A stretch of DNA of 52,573 nucleotides, taken from positions 1-52,573 of the forward strand of contig DATFTN010000104.1 of NCBI GenBank assembly GCA_035261845.1, in the 5' to 3' direction. Below the pieces are notes generated by a model, which saw only the letters and a list, made by a program, of their open reading frames with translations, had not been told where the DNA came from and did no database searches. The position numbers were made by a program, and so were the translations under genes. Position 1 is the stretch's first letter. Every line of letters starts with the position of its first letter. Positions 1-8,707 of this stretch are shown piece after piece. The stretch is from Myxococcales bacterium. GTDB lineage: Bacteria > Myxococcota > Myxococcia > Myxococcales > 40CM-4-68-19.

Positions 1-1
1 G

Positions 2-274
2 TACGAGGCGTATCCCGAGATGGCGCTCCGCGTGTTCGAGCGCATCGAGGAAGAAGCGCGGGCGCGCTGGCCGGGGACGCGGATCGCCATCCACCACCGG
101 ATCGGAAGCCTGGAACCGGGCGCGGTGTCCGTCGCAATCGCCGCGGCCTCCCCCCACCGCTCGGACGCCTTTTCCGCCGCCCGGCACGCGATCGAGGAGC
201 TGAAGAGCAATGCGCCGATCTGGAAGCGGGAGCACTACCAGGACGGCTCCGAATGGGTCGGTCTAGGGAGCTGA
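2..274 (+). CDS. moaE: Molybdopterin synthase catalytic subunit MoaE, C-terminal part (5' end outside the window)
   Basis: The frame is open from the window edge (YEAYPEMALRVFERIEEEARARWPG...). The translation carries MoaE-type motifs IAIHHRIGSLEPGAVSVAIAAASPHRSDAF and NAPIWKREHY..GSEWVG. GC3 is high in this frame. Confidence 0.8.
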   Translation, partial: YEAYPEMALRVFERIEEEARARWPGTRIAIHHRIGSLEPGAVSVAIAAASPHRSDAFSAARHAIEELKSNAPIWKREHYQDGSEWVGLGS

Positions 275-383
275 GCAGGAGCGCTGCAGGAGTGCAAGTG
301 CTCCACTGTGGGTGCGCGTCGCACCGCGGAGGCGTGAAAACCGACACCATGGGCGCTGTGGAAGTCTGCTAAAATTTCGGCAG

Positions 384-1394
384 ATGCCAGTAGAGGCGCG
401 GATCCTTTTGACGGGCGACTCTGCGTTCCGGTCCGGCGTCGGGGCGGCGCTGGACGTCTCCTGGACCGTGGTGGAAGCCGCCAACGTCACGGAGGCCGCC
501 GACGCGCTGCTCGCGGCGCGCCCGGCGGCGGTGGTCCTCGACCTGCGCCCCGGCGCCGACGGGCTCGCCGTCTGCCGGCGGATCAAGGGCGCGGCGGCGA
601 CGCGCCTCCTGCCCATCATCGGATTCGTCGCTGCCGACGGCGAGGCGACCGTCGCCGCGCTCGACGCCGGCGCCGATCACGTGGCCCAGTGGCCGCCGGG
701 CGGCGCCGAGCTGCGCGCGCGGATCCGCGCCGTGCTGCGCAACCGCGCCGTCACCGAGAGGCTCGAGGACGCGACGCAGGTGATCTTCGCGCTGGCCAAC
801 GCGGTCGAGGCGAAGGACGCGTACACGGAGGGGCACACCGAGCGCGTCGGCGCGCTGGCCGACGAAGTGGGCCGGCTGGCCGGCCTCGACGACGAGACGC
901 GCGAGGCGCTGCGCCAGGGCGGCGTGCTGCACGACATCGGCAAGATCGGCATCCCCAACGAGATCATCAACAAGGCGGGCCGGCTCACCGAGAAAGAGCG
1001 CATCGTGATGAACAAGCACCCCATCATCGGGGAGCGCATCTGCGAGCCGCTCAAGAGCCTGCGCCACCTCTTGCCCATCATCCGCTGGCACCACGAGCGC
1101 CTCGACGGCAGCGGCTATCCCGACGGCATCAAGGGGTCGCAGTTCCCGCTTCCTCCGCAGATCTTGCAGCTGTCGGACATCTACGACGCGATCACCACCG
1201 ACCGGCCGTACCACCGCGCGCGCACCCGCTCCGGAGCCGTCGAGTTCCTCTACGGAGAGGCGAAGAAGGGCTGGCGCGACTCGGAACTGATCGGCCTCGT
1301 GGCCCAGGCCGCCGAGTCGCTGGGGCTGGGGCGCACCCGCGAGGAGGAGATTCCTCCGCCGCCGGCGCCGATCGGACAGTGGCGCACGGAGTAG
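384..1394 (+). CDS. Response regulator with HD-GYP output domain (RpfG-like, probable cyclic-di-GMP phosphodiesterase)
   Basis: Receiver-like N-terminus (ILLTGDS...AVVLDLRPGADGLAVCRRIK). HD-GYP motifs EGHTERV, VLHDIGKIGIP, HHERLDGSGYPDG and DIYDAITTDRPY. ATG 384 is preferred over the Arg-rich alt-start extension from 312. No Shine-Dalgarno; a TAAAAT hexamer lies at 370-375. Confidence 0.85.
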   Translation: MPVEARILLTGDSAFRSGVGAALDVSWTVVEAANVTEAADALLAARPAAVVLDLRPGADGLAVCRRIKGAAATRLLPIIGFVAADGEATVAALDAGADHVAQWPPGGAELRARIRAVLRNRAVTERLEDATQVIFALANAVEAKDAYTEGHTERVGALADEVGRLAGLDDETREALRQGGVLHDIGKIGIPNEIINKAGRLTEKERIVMNKHPIIGERICEPLKSLRHLLPIIRWHHERLDGSGYPDGIKGSQFPLPPQILQLSDIYDAITTDRPYHRARTRSGAVEFLYGEAKKGWRDSELIGLVAQAAESLGLGRTREEEIPPPPAPIGQWRTE

Positions 1395-1403
1395 GGCTCG
1401 ACC

Positions 1404-2180
1404 TCACCCTCGCCGAAGCATGTCGGCCGCGAGCTTCAGTACGAGCGCAAGCACGACCAGCAGCACCACCACCCGAATCAGCCGATCCCCGCCCCGCACC
1501 GCGAAGTGAGCGCCCAGCCAGCCGCCCGCAAATTGCGCGGCGGCCATGGGGAGCGCGATCTCCCACAGCACGGCGCCGCGCGCCGAGAAAAGCGCCAGCG
1601 CTGCGAGGTTGCTGGCAAAGTTGACCGGCTTCGCATCCGCCGAGGCGCGCTGCAGCGGCAGATCGAAGAGGAAGGCGAAGGAGAGGATGAGAAAGGTGCC
1701 GGCGCCGGGGCCGAAGAAGCCGTCGTAGGCGCCGAGGAGGAGGGCCACGGCCGCGGCGGCGAGGCGCGGGGCGCGGAGTGCCCAGGTCGAGGTCGAGGGA
1801 CGGTTCCGCCTCGCCCCGGGCCGCAGCGCCAGCGCCACCGCCGCGGCGACCAGCAAGACCAGCACCACGGGACGCAAAGTGGCTGGAGGGACCAGCAGGA
1901 CGAGCGCCGCGCCGCCCAGCGATCCGGCGAGGCCGGCGGGGAAAGTCACCCGGGCCCGGCGCACGTCGAGCAAGCCGGAGCGGGCGTACCGCAGGGTCGA
2001 GGCGAAAGTGCCGAACACGCCCTGCGCCTTGTTGGTGCCCAACGCGAGGTGCGGTGGGAGGCCGGCGGCGAGGAGGGCCGGCACCGCGACGACCCCGCTG
2101 CCGCCGGCGACCGCGTCCACCATGCCGGCGGCCAGGGCGGCGAGGGTCAACCCTGCCGTCGCCCACCCCGAGAGGTGCAT
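1404..2180 (-). CDS. TauE/SafE (DUF81) family sulfite/anion exporter-like membrane protein
   Basis: 258 aa and highly hydrophobic, with multiple predicted TM segments. Family-typical motifs are [24 protein letters not shown] and [17 protein letters not shown] start at 2180. Confidence 0.75.
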   Translation of the reverse strand: MHLSGWATAGLTLAALAAGMVDAVAGGSGVVAVPALLAAGLPPHLALGTNKAQGVFGTFASTLRYARSGLLDVRRARVTFPAGLAGSLGGAALVLLVPPATLRPVVLVLLVAAAVALALRPGARRNRPSTSTWALRAPRLAAAAVALLLGAYDGFFGPGAGTFLILSFAFLFDLPLQRASADAKPVNFASNLAALALFSARGAVLWEIALPMAAAQFAGGWLGAHFAVRGGDRLIRVVVLLVVLALVLKLAADMLRRG

Positions 2181-2245
2181 GGGCCGCGCACACTACACGA
2201 TCGCGCGACTTGCATCCCGCCGCGGCGCGCGCGATATGGGCGCGC

Positions 2246-3133
2246 ATGCTCCCCATCGACCTCTCGGGCAAGCGGGCGTTCGTCGCTGGCGTGGCCGACG
2301 ACGGCGGGTTCGGTTTCGCCATCGCCAAGGCGATGGCCGAGGCGGGCGCCTCCATCTGCGTGGGCACCTGGCCGCCCGCGCTCAACATCTTCGAGAACCT
2401 GCTTCGCCGCGGAAAGATGGACGAGTCCCGCAAGCTGTCCGACGGAAAGATCTTCGAGTTCGAGCGCATCTATCCGCTCGACGCCGCCTACGACCGCTTC
2501 GAGGACGCCCCCGAGGACGTCCGCTCCAACAAGCGTTACGTGGAGCGCGGGGATTTCTCCATCGCCGGGCTGGCGACGCAGCTGGTGAAGGACTTCGGGG
2601 AGAAGCCCATCGACATCCTGGTCCACTCGCTGGCCAACGGGCCCGAGGTGAAGAAGCCGCTCCTGGAGACGAGCCGCGCCGGATATCTCGCTGCCGTGAG
2701 CGTGTCCGCCTACTCGCTGGTGGGCCTGCTCGCGCGGCTGGGTCCGCTGCTGCGCCGGGACGGATCCGTGGTGTCGCTCACGTACATGGCCAGCGAGCGC
2801 GTGGTGCCCGGGTACGGCGGCGGAATGTCCTCCGCCAAAGCGGCGCTGGAGAGCGACACCCGTACGCTCGCATTCGAGGCCGGCCGCAAGTACGGAGTGC
2901 GGGTCAACACCATCAGTGCGGGGCCGTACGCTTCCCGGGCGGCGAGCGCGATCGGGTTCATCGACGAGATGGTGAAGTACTACGCGCAGAACGCGCCGCT
3001 GCCGCAGGAGCTCTCCGCGGCGGAGGTCGGGAACACCGCCGCCTTCCTCTGCAGCCCGCTGGCGAGCGGAATCACCGGGACCACCGTGTACGTGGACAAG
3101 GGCTACCACGCCATGGGCCGCACGGTCGGCTGA
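2246..3133 (+). CDS. fabI: Enoyl-[acyl-carrier-protein] reductase (NADH), long FabI type
   Basis: Translation from ATG 2246: [29 protein letters not shown]..., [34 protein letters not shown]. These match the SDR-type FabI with Tyr/Lys active-site region. The upstream part of ORF 1778..3133 is an Arg/Pro-rich shadow overlapping the TauE gene and is rejected. Confidence 0.85.
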   Translation: MLPIDLSGKRAFVAGVADDGGFGFAIAKAMAEAGASICVGTWPPALNIFENLLRRGKMDESRKLSDGKIFEFERIYPLDAAYDRFEDAPEDVRSNKRYVERGDFSIAGLATQLVKDFGEKPIDILVHSLANGPEVKKPLLETSRAGYLAAVSVSAYSLVGLLARLGPLLRRDGSVVSLTYMASERVVPGYGGGMSSAKAALESDTRTLAFEAGRKYGVRVNTISAGPYASRAASAIGFIDEMVKYYAQNAPLPQELSAAEVGNTAAFLCSPLASGITGTTVYVDKGYHAMGRTVG

Positions 3134-3139
3134 GGCTGA

Positions 3140-3724
3140 TCAGCCGCCGCCGCGGACCGCCGGAGCGCCGGTGAGAGCGCGTTCGAGCACTCCGCGCAGC
3201 TCCTTCTCGCCCGAGTCGCTGAGCGCGCCGGTGTGGTTCCACACCACGCGCGCGCTGCGATCCAGGACCAGCATGGTCGGGAGCGCGGCGACGGAGAACG
3301 CGGTGGAAGCCGTGCCGTCGTCCAGCACCACCGGGAACGTCAGGCCGTTGCTCAGCAGGAATTCCTTCACCTGCGCTTCGCGATCCGCCCCGGGATCGTC
3401 GGTGTCCACCGAGTAGAGGTCGACCCCGCGCGGCGCGTACTCGCGCCAGACTTCCTGGATGCGCGGCATGGACACACGGCAGGGCGCGCACCAGGTCGCC
3501 CAGAAATCGACCACGGTCACCCGACCCTTCGCGATCGAGGCGCGGCCCTTCCCGTCCAGGAGCGGCAGCGAGATCGCCTCCGGGCCGGCGGCGGTGGGAG
3601 CCGGCCGGACCCGGCCGCGGGCGATGGCGACGACCACCACGGCGGCAGCCGCGACGGCTACCAACCCCCACAGCAATCGGTCCACCGTGCGAGAGGGCGC
3701 GGGAGGCATGGGACCGCTTACCAT
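3140..3724 (-). CDS. TlpA-like membrane-anchored thiol:disulfide oxidoreductase (thioredoxin fold)
   Basis: WATWCAPC (CxxC) motif and an N-terminal hydrophobic anchor LLWGLVAVAAAAVVVVAIA. The start was chosen at the internal Met (MVSGPM...), because the longer ORF to 3826 adds an Arg-rich extension. The start is uncertain. Confidence 0.75.
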   Translation of the reverse strand: MVSGPMPPAPSRTVDRLLWGLVAVAAAAVVVVAIARGRVRPAPTAAGPEAISLPLLDGKGRASIAKGRVTVVDFWATWCAPCRVSMPRIQEVWREYAPRGVDLYSVDTDDPGADREAQVKEFLLSNGLTFPVVLDDGTASTAFSVAALPTMLVLDRSARVVWNHTGALSDSGEKELRGVLERALTGAPAVRGGG

Positions 3725-3984
3725 GCGGGCCGTCCACTCCGGCGTCAACCGGTTCGAAAAACCGGCTGTGCTGCGGGCGCATGGCAGCGTTTGCCTCCTC
3801 CGCGCCGTGGAGCGACGATGCGGCAATGCGCGCGGGTCTTCGAGGATTGCGAGCGCGAGTTCCCGCGCGAGCTGCGCTGCCCGGTCAGGCTCGCCCAGGC
3901 CTGGCAGGCGGATCGACCCGAACAGCGTCGCGGCGGAGGAGATGTTGCGACGGCTGGAGTAGGTCGCATGGTACGAAGCGCCGC

Positions 3985-4365
3985 ATGGCGGACTTCCTGG
4001 GCATCCCGCGGCGGCGGCTGCCGCTCGCCGTCGCGATGGTGCTGGTGCTCGGGGCGACCCTCACCTGGCTGCAGGGCCGCTTCGACCAGAGCGACGTGAA
4101 GAAGGGCATCGCGCTGGGGCTCGAGCACCGGCCGGCGGGCCGCGGCGGAAAGAGCGTCTTCGAAGCGCTGGTGGAGCTCGGCCGCGGCGATCCGCGCTGC
4201 GACGGCAAGGTGATCAGCGGCCTCATGGGCGACTTGGAAGTCCGGTGCGTCCTGCCTGGCGATCCGCGGACCGAGTACCGCTTCCGCGTGCTGCTCGACG
4301 GCAAGCGCCCTCCCCGCCCCGCCAATCCCCCCGCCGAGCAGCTCTTCGGTCAACTGCAGAACTAA
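3985..4365 (+). CDS. Hypothetical small protein with N-terminal TM/signal-anchor segment
   Basis: ATG 3985 (MADFLGIPRRRLPLAVAMVLVLGATLTWL...). GC3 is high across the frame. I recognise no family. It ends in TAA directly abutting a REP-like element. Confidence 0.5.
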   Translation: MADFLGIPRRRLPLAVAMVLVLGATLTWLQGRFDQSDVKKGIALGLEHRPAGRGGKSVFEALVELGRGDPRCDGKVISGLMGDLEVRCVLPGDPRTEYRFRVLLDGKRPPRPANPPAEQLFGQLQN

Positions 4366-4368
4366 AGG

Positions 4369-4450
4369 ATCACCGCGGAGGCGCTGAGAGCGCGGAGGAT
4401 TCGTTTTTTCAAGAGCAAGATCTCCGCGCCCTCCGCGTCTCCGCGGTGAT
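4369..4450. repeat. REP-like palindromic intergenic element, copy 1 (3 x GCGGAG-type units, loop, 3 x CTCCGC units)
   Basis: Left arm ATCACCGCGGAGGCGCTGAGAGCGCGGAGGA (4369-4399) pairs with right arm TCTCCGCGCCCTCCGCGTCTCCGCGGTGAT (4421-4450). It is followed by GCTTTTTG. The same architecture recurs at 32635, 33929 and 35951. Confidence 0.85.
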
Positions 4451-4489
4451 GCTTTTTGCCCCGTCGGTGGTCAGGTTGCGGCGGGAGGG

Positions 4490-5878
4490 ATGAAAATGGT
4501 CATTGCGCTTGTCATCGCAGCGGCGGCGCCGCACGCGCAGAAGCTGTGGACCGATGCCCCGGCCGTGGCGGCGCGCCCCACCGCACCGCCCCAATCGATC
4601 GCGCAGCTCGTCAAACAGGCCATGCCGGCCGTGGTGGGCATCGTCGCGGTGACCTCGCGAGGCGAGCCGCAGGACCCGTTCCACGATTTCCTGGAGCGGA
4701 TGTACGGGTCGGGCGGCGAGCGCGAGCAGCCCGTGCGGGGCATCGGAACCGGCTTCTTCATCCGCTCCGACGGCCTGGTGGCGACCAACGGACACGTGGT
4801 CGAGGGGGCCACCGAGATCACCGTCCAGGTGGGCTACGAGGAGCGGGCCGTCCGCAGCGTGCTGGTCGGCAAGGACGAGGCGACGGACCTGGCTTTGGTG
4901 AAAGTGGAGGGCGGTCCGTTCCCGGTGCTCGCCCTGGGCGACAGCGAAGGAGTGGAGGTCGGCGAGTGGGTGGTCGCTATCGGCAACCCCTTCGGGCTCT
5001 CGCGCTCCGTCACCACCGGCATCGTCTCGTACAAGGGCCGCCGCGACGTGAACCCTTCCGGCCGGCCGGGGTACTACGACTTCATCCAGACGGACGCGGC
5101 GATCAACCCCGGCAATTCCGGCGGGCCGCTGCTCGACGCGCGGGGCGCGGTGGTGGGGATCAACGCGGCCGTGAATCCCGCCGGTCAGGGCATCGGATTC
5201 GCCATCCCGATCAACATGCTGAAGGAGATCGCCCCGCAGCTGGAGAAGGGCCACGTGGTGCGGAGCTGGATGGGGATGTCCGTCCAGGACCAGATGGGCT
5301 CCGACCTGGCCGAGTGGTTCGCCGTTCCCGGGGGAAAGGGCGTCGTGATCACCGAGGTGGTCGAGGGCGGTCCGGCGGCCCGCGCGGGCCTGCGGCCGGG
5401 CGACGTCGTGCTCTCGTTCGAAGGAGACCCCGTCAGCGAGAGCTACCGGCTGCGCTGGCTCACCGCAAACGCCGGCCCCGGCCGGACCGTGAAGATGGGC
5501 GTCTGGCGGGACCGCTCCCTGCGCACGGTCGCGGTCGTGCTAGCCGAGAAGCCCGGTCAGGCCGCGGAGGAACAGCCGGCCCGGGCCGAAGCGCGCAAGG
5601 ACCTGGAGCCACTGGGGGTTTCGGTAGACGAGCAGCCGGGCCTGGCCGGGCTGGCGATCACCTCGGTGGACTTGCGCAGCGCCGCCTACCGCGCCGGGTT
5701 GCGGCAAGGCGACGTGGTGGTCGACATCGACGGGCGCCCCGTGCGCAACCGCGCCGCCTTCCGCAAGGCCGTCGCCGAGAGCGGCCCCGTCACCCGCCTG
5801 TACGTCAGGCGCAACGGCCGCTCGATCTTCTTCGGCGTGCGCAAGGAGCCAGCGCGGACCGCCCAGGCGTCGCCTTAG
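4490..5878 (+). CDS. Periplasmic serine endoprotease HtrA/DegP/DegQ family with two PDZ domains
   Basis: Signal-like N-terminus MKMVIALVIAAAAPHA. Trypsin-fold triad context TNGHVVEGA, DLALVKV, GNSGGPLLD. Two PDZ-like segments follow (GVVITEVVEGGPAARAGLRPGDVV and LAITSVDLRSAAYRAGLRQGDVV). The start may be 4490 or ATG 4496 (SD GGGAGGG at 4483-4489). Confidence 0.9.
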   Translation: MKMVIALVIAAAAPHAQKLWTDAPAVAARPTAPPQSIAQLVKQAMPAVVGIVAVTSRGEPQDPFHDFLERMYGSGGEREQPVRGIGTGFFIRSDGLVATNGHVVEGATEITVQVGYEERAVRSVLVGKDEATDLALVKVEGGPFPVLALGDSEGVEVGEWVVAIGNPFGLSRSVTTGIVSYKGRRDVNPSGRPGYYDFIQTDAAINPGNSGGPLLDARGAVVGINAAVNPAGQGIGFAIPINMLKEIAPQLEKGHVVRSWMGMSVQDQMGSDLAEWFAVPGGKGVVITEVVEGGPAARAGLRPGDVVLSFEGDPVSESYRLRWLTANAGPGRTVKMGVWRDRSLRTVAVVLAEKPGQAAEEQPARAEARKDLEPLGVSVDEQPGLAGLAITSVDLRSAAYRAGLRQGDVVVDIDGRPVRNRAAFRKAVAESGPVTRLYVRRNGRSIFFGVRKEPARTAQASP

Positions 5879-6111
5879 GTCGAGTTGTCCGGTTCCGGTC
5901 AGACCACCGGACGGCGGGTCTTCCCGCAATCTTCCCCGGCATTACACGTCGCCTTCAAAATCGCCCAGCATCCTCCCGCCCGTTGACCTTGCAGGGCGGG
6001 CAGCGCCAGAGTGCGCGCCCGCGAGGTGGTGTGAGCGTTTTGGTCGAATAGGTGCTGCAAGGTCGTCGCCGACCGGGCACACTGAGCGCGGATCGAGAAG
6101 GAGACTGACGG

Positions 6112-7428
6112 ATGGGGACCAGCCGGCTCCCGGGCTTCTACAAGATGCGCATCGCCGAGCGGCTCCGGCGCGTTGCCGAGCAGCTCGAGCTGGACTCCGA
6201 CGAGCTCGACGGCCTGGGCCAGAGCGCCACCCTTCCCGTGGCCAACGCCGACGCGATGATCGAGAACGCCGTCGGCGTCCTCGGGCTGCCGGTCGGCATC
6301 GGGCTGAACTTCTTGGTCAACGGCGAGGACGTGCTGGTTCCGATGGCGGTGGAAGAGCCCTCGGTGGTCGCCGCCGTAAGCCTGGCGGCGAAGATCGCGC
6401 GCGAGGGAGGCGGCTTCGGGGCCGAGGCGGACCCGGCGCGCATGATCGGGCAGGTCCAGGTCACGCATCTCGCCGACCCTCCGGCCGCCAAGGCCGCTTT
6501 GCTCCGGGAGAAGCGCCAGATCCTGGAGGCGGCGAACGCGCTGCAGCCCGCGATGAAAGCGCGCGGCGGCGGAGCGCAGGACCTCGAGGTCCGCCTGATC
6601 CCGGTGTGCGAGGCCGAGAACGGCGCCTCCGAGGTGCACGCGATCGTGCACCTCCTGGTCGACACGCAGGACGCGATGGGGGCGAACCTCATCAACACCA
6701 TGTGCGAAGGCGTGGCCCCGCTGATCGAGCGGATCAGCGGCGGGCGGGTGCAGCTGCGCATCCTCTCCAACCTGGCCGACCATCGGCTGGCGCGCGCCAC
6801 TTGCCGCATCCCGTTCGACGCGCTGGCGGACTTCGGCTTCTCCGGCGCGGAGGTGGCGCACGGGATCGCCGACGCGAGCCGGTTCGCGGACGCCGATCCC
6901 TACCGGGCCTGCACGCACAACAAGGGCGTCATGAACGGCGTCGACGCGGTGGCGCTGGCCACCGGCAACGATTGGCGGGCCATCGAGGCCGGGGCCCACG
7001 CCTGGGCGGCGCGCAACGGCCGCTACGAACCCCTCACGCGCTGGTGGATCGAGGACGGGCATCTGCTCGGCAAGGCGGAGTTGCCCATCCAGGTCGGCAC
7101 GGTGGGCGGCGCGGTGAAGGCAAACCCGCTCGTCCCCGTGCTGCTGCGCCTGATGGGCAACCCCGGGGCGCAGAAGCTCGCCGCCCTGATGGCGGCCGTC
7201 GGCCTGGCGCAGAACATGGCGGCGCTGCGCGCGCTGGGCAGCGTGGGCATCCAGAAGGGGCACATGGCGCTGCACGCGCGCTCGGTGGCCGTCTCGGCCG
7301 GCGCCCGGGGATCGGCCGTGGAGGAGGTCGCTCGGGCGCTCATCGCCGCCGGCGAGATCAAGCTGCACCGGGCGCAGGAGATCCTGGCCAAGCTGGTCGC
7401 GCAGAAGCCGGCCGCCGAAGTGACGTGA
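6112..7428 (+). CDS. mvaA: Class II (bacterial-type) HMG-CoA reductase
   Basis: SD AAGGAGA upstream of ATG 6112. Motifs ENAVGVLGLPVGIGLNFLVNG, PMAVEEPSVVAA, DAMGANLINTMCE, HNKGVMNGVDAVALATGNDWRA, VGTVGG and GIQKGHMALHAR. Confidence 0.9.
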   Translation: MGTSRLPGFYKMRIAERLRRVAEQLELDSDELDGLGQSATLPVANADAMIENAVGVLGLPVGIGLNFLVNGEDVLVPMAVEEPSVVAAVSLAAKIAREGGGFGAEADPARMIGQVQVTHLADPPAAKAALLREKRQILEAANALQPAMKARGGGAQDLEVRLIPVCEAENGASEVHAIVHLLVDTQDAMGANLINTMCEGVAPLIERISGGRVQLRILSNLADHRLARATCRIPFDALADFGFSGAEVAHGIADASRFADADPYRACTHNKGVMNGVDAVALATGNDWRAIEAGAHAWAARNGRYEPLTRWWIEDGHLLGKAELPIQVGTVGGAVKANPLVPVLLRLMGNPGAQKLAALMAAVGLAQNMAALRALGSVGIQKGHMALHARSVAVSAGARGSAVEEVARALIAAGEIKLHRAQEILAKLVAQKPAAEVT

Positions 7429-8516
7429 TTCGCGGCGGGCGGCAGCCCGATCCCGGCGCGGGCGTGAGGCCCGCCGGTCCTCCCGCGTTCCTCGCCGAAT
7501 ACGCTGCCCTGGCGGACCCGCGGCTTGCCGCGTTCCTCGACGCCCGATCCGCCGAGGCCGCGCGCCTGCCCGTCGACTTGCGCGCCGCGTTCGCGGCGCT
7601 CCGCGCCTACGTGCTGCGCGGCGGGAAGCGGATGCGCGGCGCGCTGGTCGTCCTGGGATGCGAGGCGGCGGGAGGCGATCGCACCTGGGCGCTCGACGCG
7701 AGCGTGGGCATGGAGCTCGTGCACGCCTACCTCCTCGTGCACGACGACTTCATGGACCGCGACGAGGTGCGCCGGGGCGGCCCGACGGTTCACGCCGCGC
7801 TGGAGCAATCGACGGGGTCCGCGCACCTGGGGGCGAGCCTCGCGGTGCTGCTCGGCTCCTTGTGCCAGGCATGGGCCCTGGAGCTGGTACTCGAAGCTCC
7901 CGTCCCGGCGGAGCGGACGGCGGCGGCGGGAAGGTTGCTCGCGCGGGCCCTGCAAGAGGTCACGGTGGGGCAGATGCAGGACTTGTCCGCTCCGCTCGGA
8001 CCCGAGCTCGGGGCGCGCGAGGTGCTCGCGGTGCAGGGCATGAAGACCGGCAGCTACAGCTTCGACCTGCCCCTCCGGCTCGGCGCGGTGCTCGGCGGCG
8101 CGAACGAAGCCGTGCTGGCCGCGCTGGAGCGGTTCGCTCTGCCGTTGGGACAGGCGTTCCAGATCGCCGACGACCTGCTGGGGACCTTCGGCGCGCCGGA
8201 GCTGACCGGAAAGCCCAACTCGAGCGACCTGCGCGAAGGAAAGCGCACCCTGCTGGTCGCGCGCGCCTTGGAGAAAGCGGACGCGGCCGACGCGGCGCTC
8301 CTGCGCGCGGGCCTGGGGAAGCCGGACCTGGACGAGGCCGAGGCCGACGCGCTGCGCGAGGTGCTGCTGCGCACCGGCGCAGTCGAGTCGTGCCGCGAAG
8401 ACGCAGAGCGGCTCCGCTCCGAAGCGGTGCGTGCGCTCGACGGCGCTCCCATCCCCGCGCCCGTCGCGCAGGCGCTCCGCGACATCGCCGCATACAGCGT
8501 CCGGCGCCCAACGTAG
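7425..8516 (+). CDS. Polyprenyl diphosphate synthase (FPP/GGPP synthase family)
   Basis: First Asp-rich motif LVHDDFMDRD and second motif FQIADDLLG, plus GKRMRG and KTGSYSF. GTG 7425 overlaps the HMGR stop (GTGA). GTG 7464 is an alternative start. Confidence 0.8.
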   Translation: MIRGGRQPDPGAGVRPAGPPAFLAEYAALADPRLAAFLDARSAEAARLPVDLRAAFAALRAYVLRGGKRMRGALVVLGCEAAGGDRTWALDASVGMELVHAYLLVHDDFMDRDEVRRGGPTVHAALEQSTGSAHLGASLAVLLGSLCQAWALELVLEAPVPAERTAAAGRLLARALQEVTVGQMQDLSAPLGPELGAREVLAVQGMKTGSYSFDLPLRLGAVLGGANEAVLAALERFALPLGQAFQIADDLLGTFGAPELTGKPNSSDLREGKRTLLVARALEKADAADAALLRAGLGKPDLDEAEADALREVLLRTGAVESCREDAERLRSEAVRALDGAPIPAPVAQALRDIAAYSVRRPT

Positions 8517-8532
8517 GTCGCCGCGCCGGTCC

Positions 8533-8554
8533 AAAAAAAAATAAATTTTTTTTT
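8533..8554. promoter_or_regulatory. 22-nt pure A/T tract (A9-T-A3-T9); function unknown, possibly curved DNA or a nucleoid-protein/UP-like site
   Basis: Direct reading: CC AAAAAAAAATAAATTTTTTTTT GC. It lies in the 191-nt spacer between the polyprenyl synthase stop and the giant ORF at 8708. It is the only run of this kind I saw in the window. Confidence 0.6.
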
Positions 8555-8667
8555 GCTGACGCTCTGGCGGAGCGCTCCGCCCCTCCGGCAACAGGCGGAT
8601 CCGCTCCACAAGTCACTTCGAATCAGGTAAACTGAAAAATAGGATTTGTTCTACGCAGGGGGGTCCG

Positions 8668-8683
8668 TGGCCAAAGCCGTGCG
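8668..8683 (+). promoter_or_regulatory. Weak sigma-54-like -24/-12 element upstream of the giant hydrolase operon
   Basis: TGGCCAAAGCCGTGC: GG (8669-8670) and GC (8681-8682) are separated by the canonical 10 nt. The flanks deviate from TGGCACG-N4-TTGCW at several positions. It lies about 25-40 nt upstream of the 8708/8711 start. Confidence 0.25.
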
Positions 8684-8707
8684 CCGCGTCTCGGGCGAGG
8701 AGGCGCG

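Noticed and set aside
275-383. CACCGCGGAGGCGTGAAAACC near 321-343 as a fifth REP-like element
   Set aside because: Only one half-arm-like segment is present and it has no matching inverted partner. It may be a decayed remnant, but that cannot be supported from this copy alone.
1778-2245. N-terminal 156-aa extension of the FabI ORF, and analogous long extensions (312-383, 31304-32761, 39208-40788, 43242-43619, 45352-47115)
   Set aside because: The extensions are Arg/Pro/Gly-rich, overlap well-supported genes on the same or opposite strand, and precede internal starts where recognisable protein sequence, signal peptides or SD motifs begin.
8533-8554. The A9...T9 tract as a bidirectional intrinsic terminator for the polyprenyl synthase gene
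   Set aside because: No GC-rich stem precedes the T-run. Only a weak A:T hairpin is possible, so a canonical rho-independent terminator is not supported. It is kept as a feature of unknown function instead.
5899-8609. Minus-strand ORFs 5899..7368 (489 aa) and 7023..8609 (528 aa)
   Set aside because: They are antisense to the clearly identified HMG-CoA reductase and polyprenyl synthase genes. They have low-complexity Arg/Ala-rich translations.
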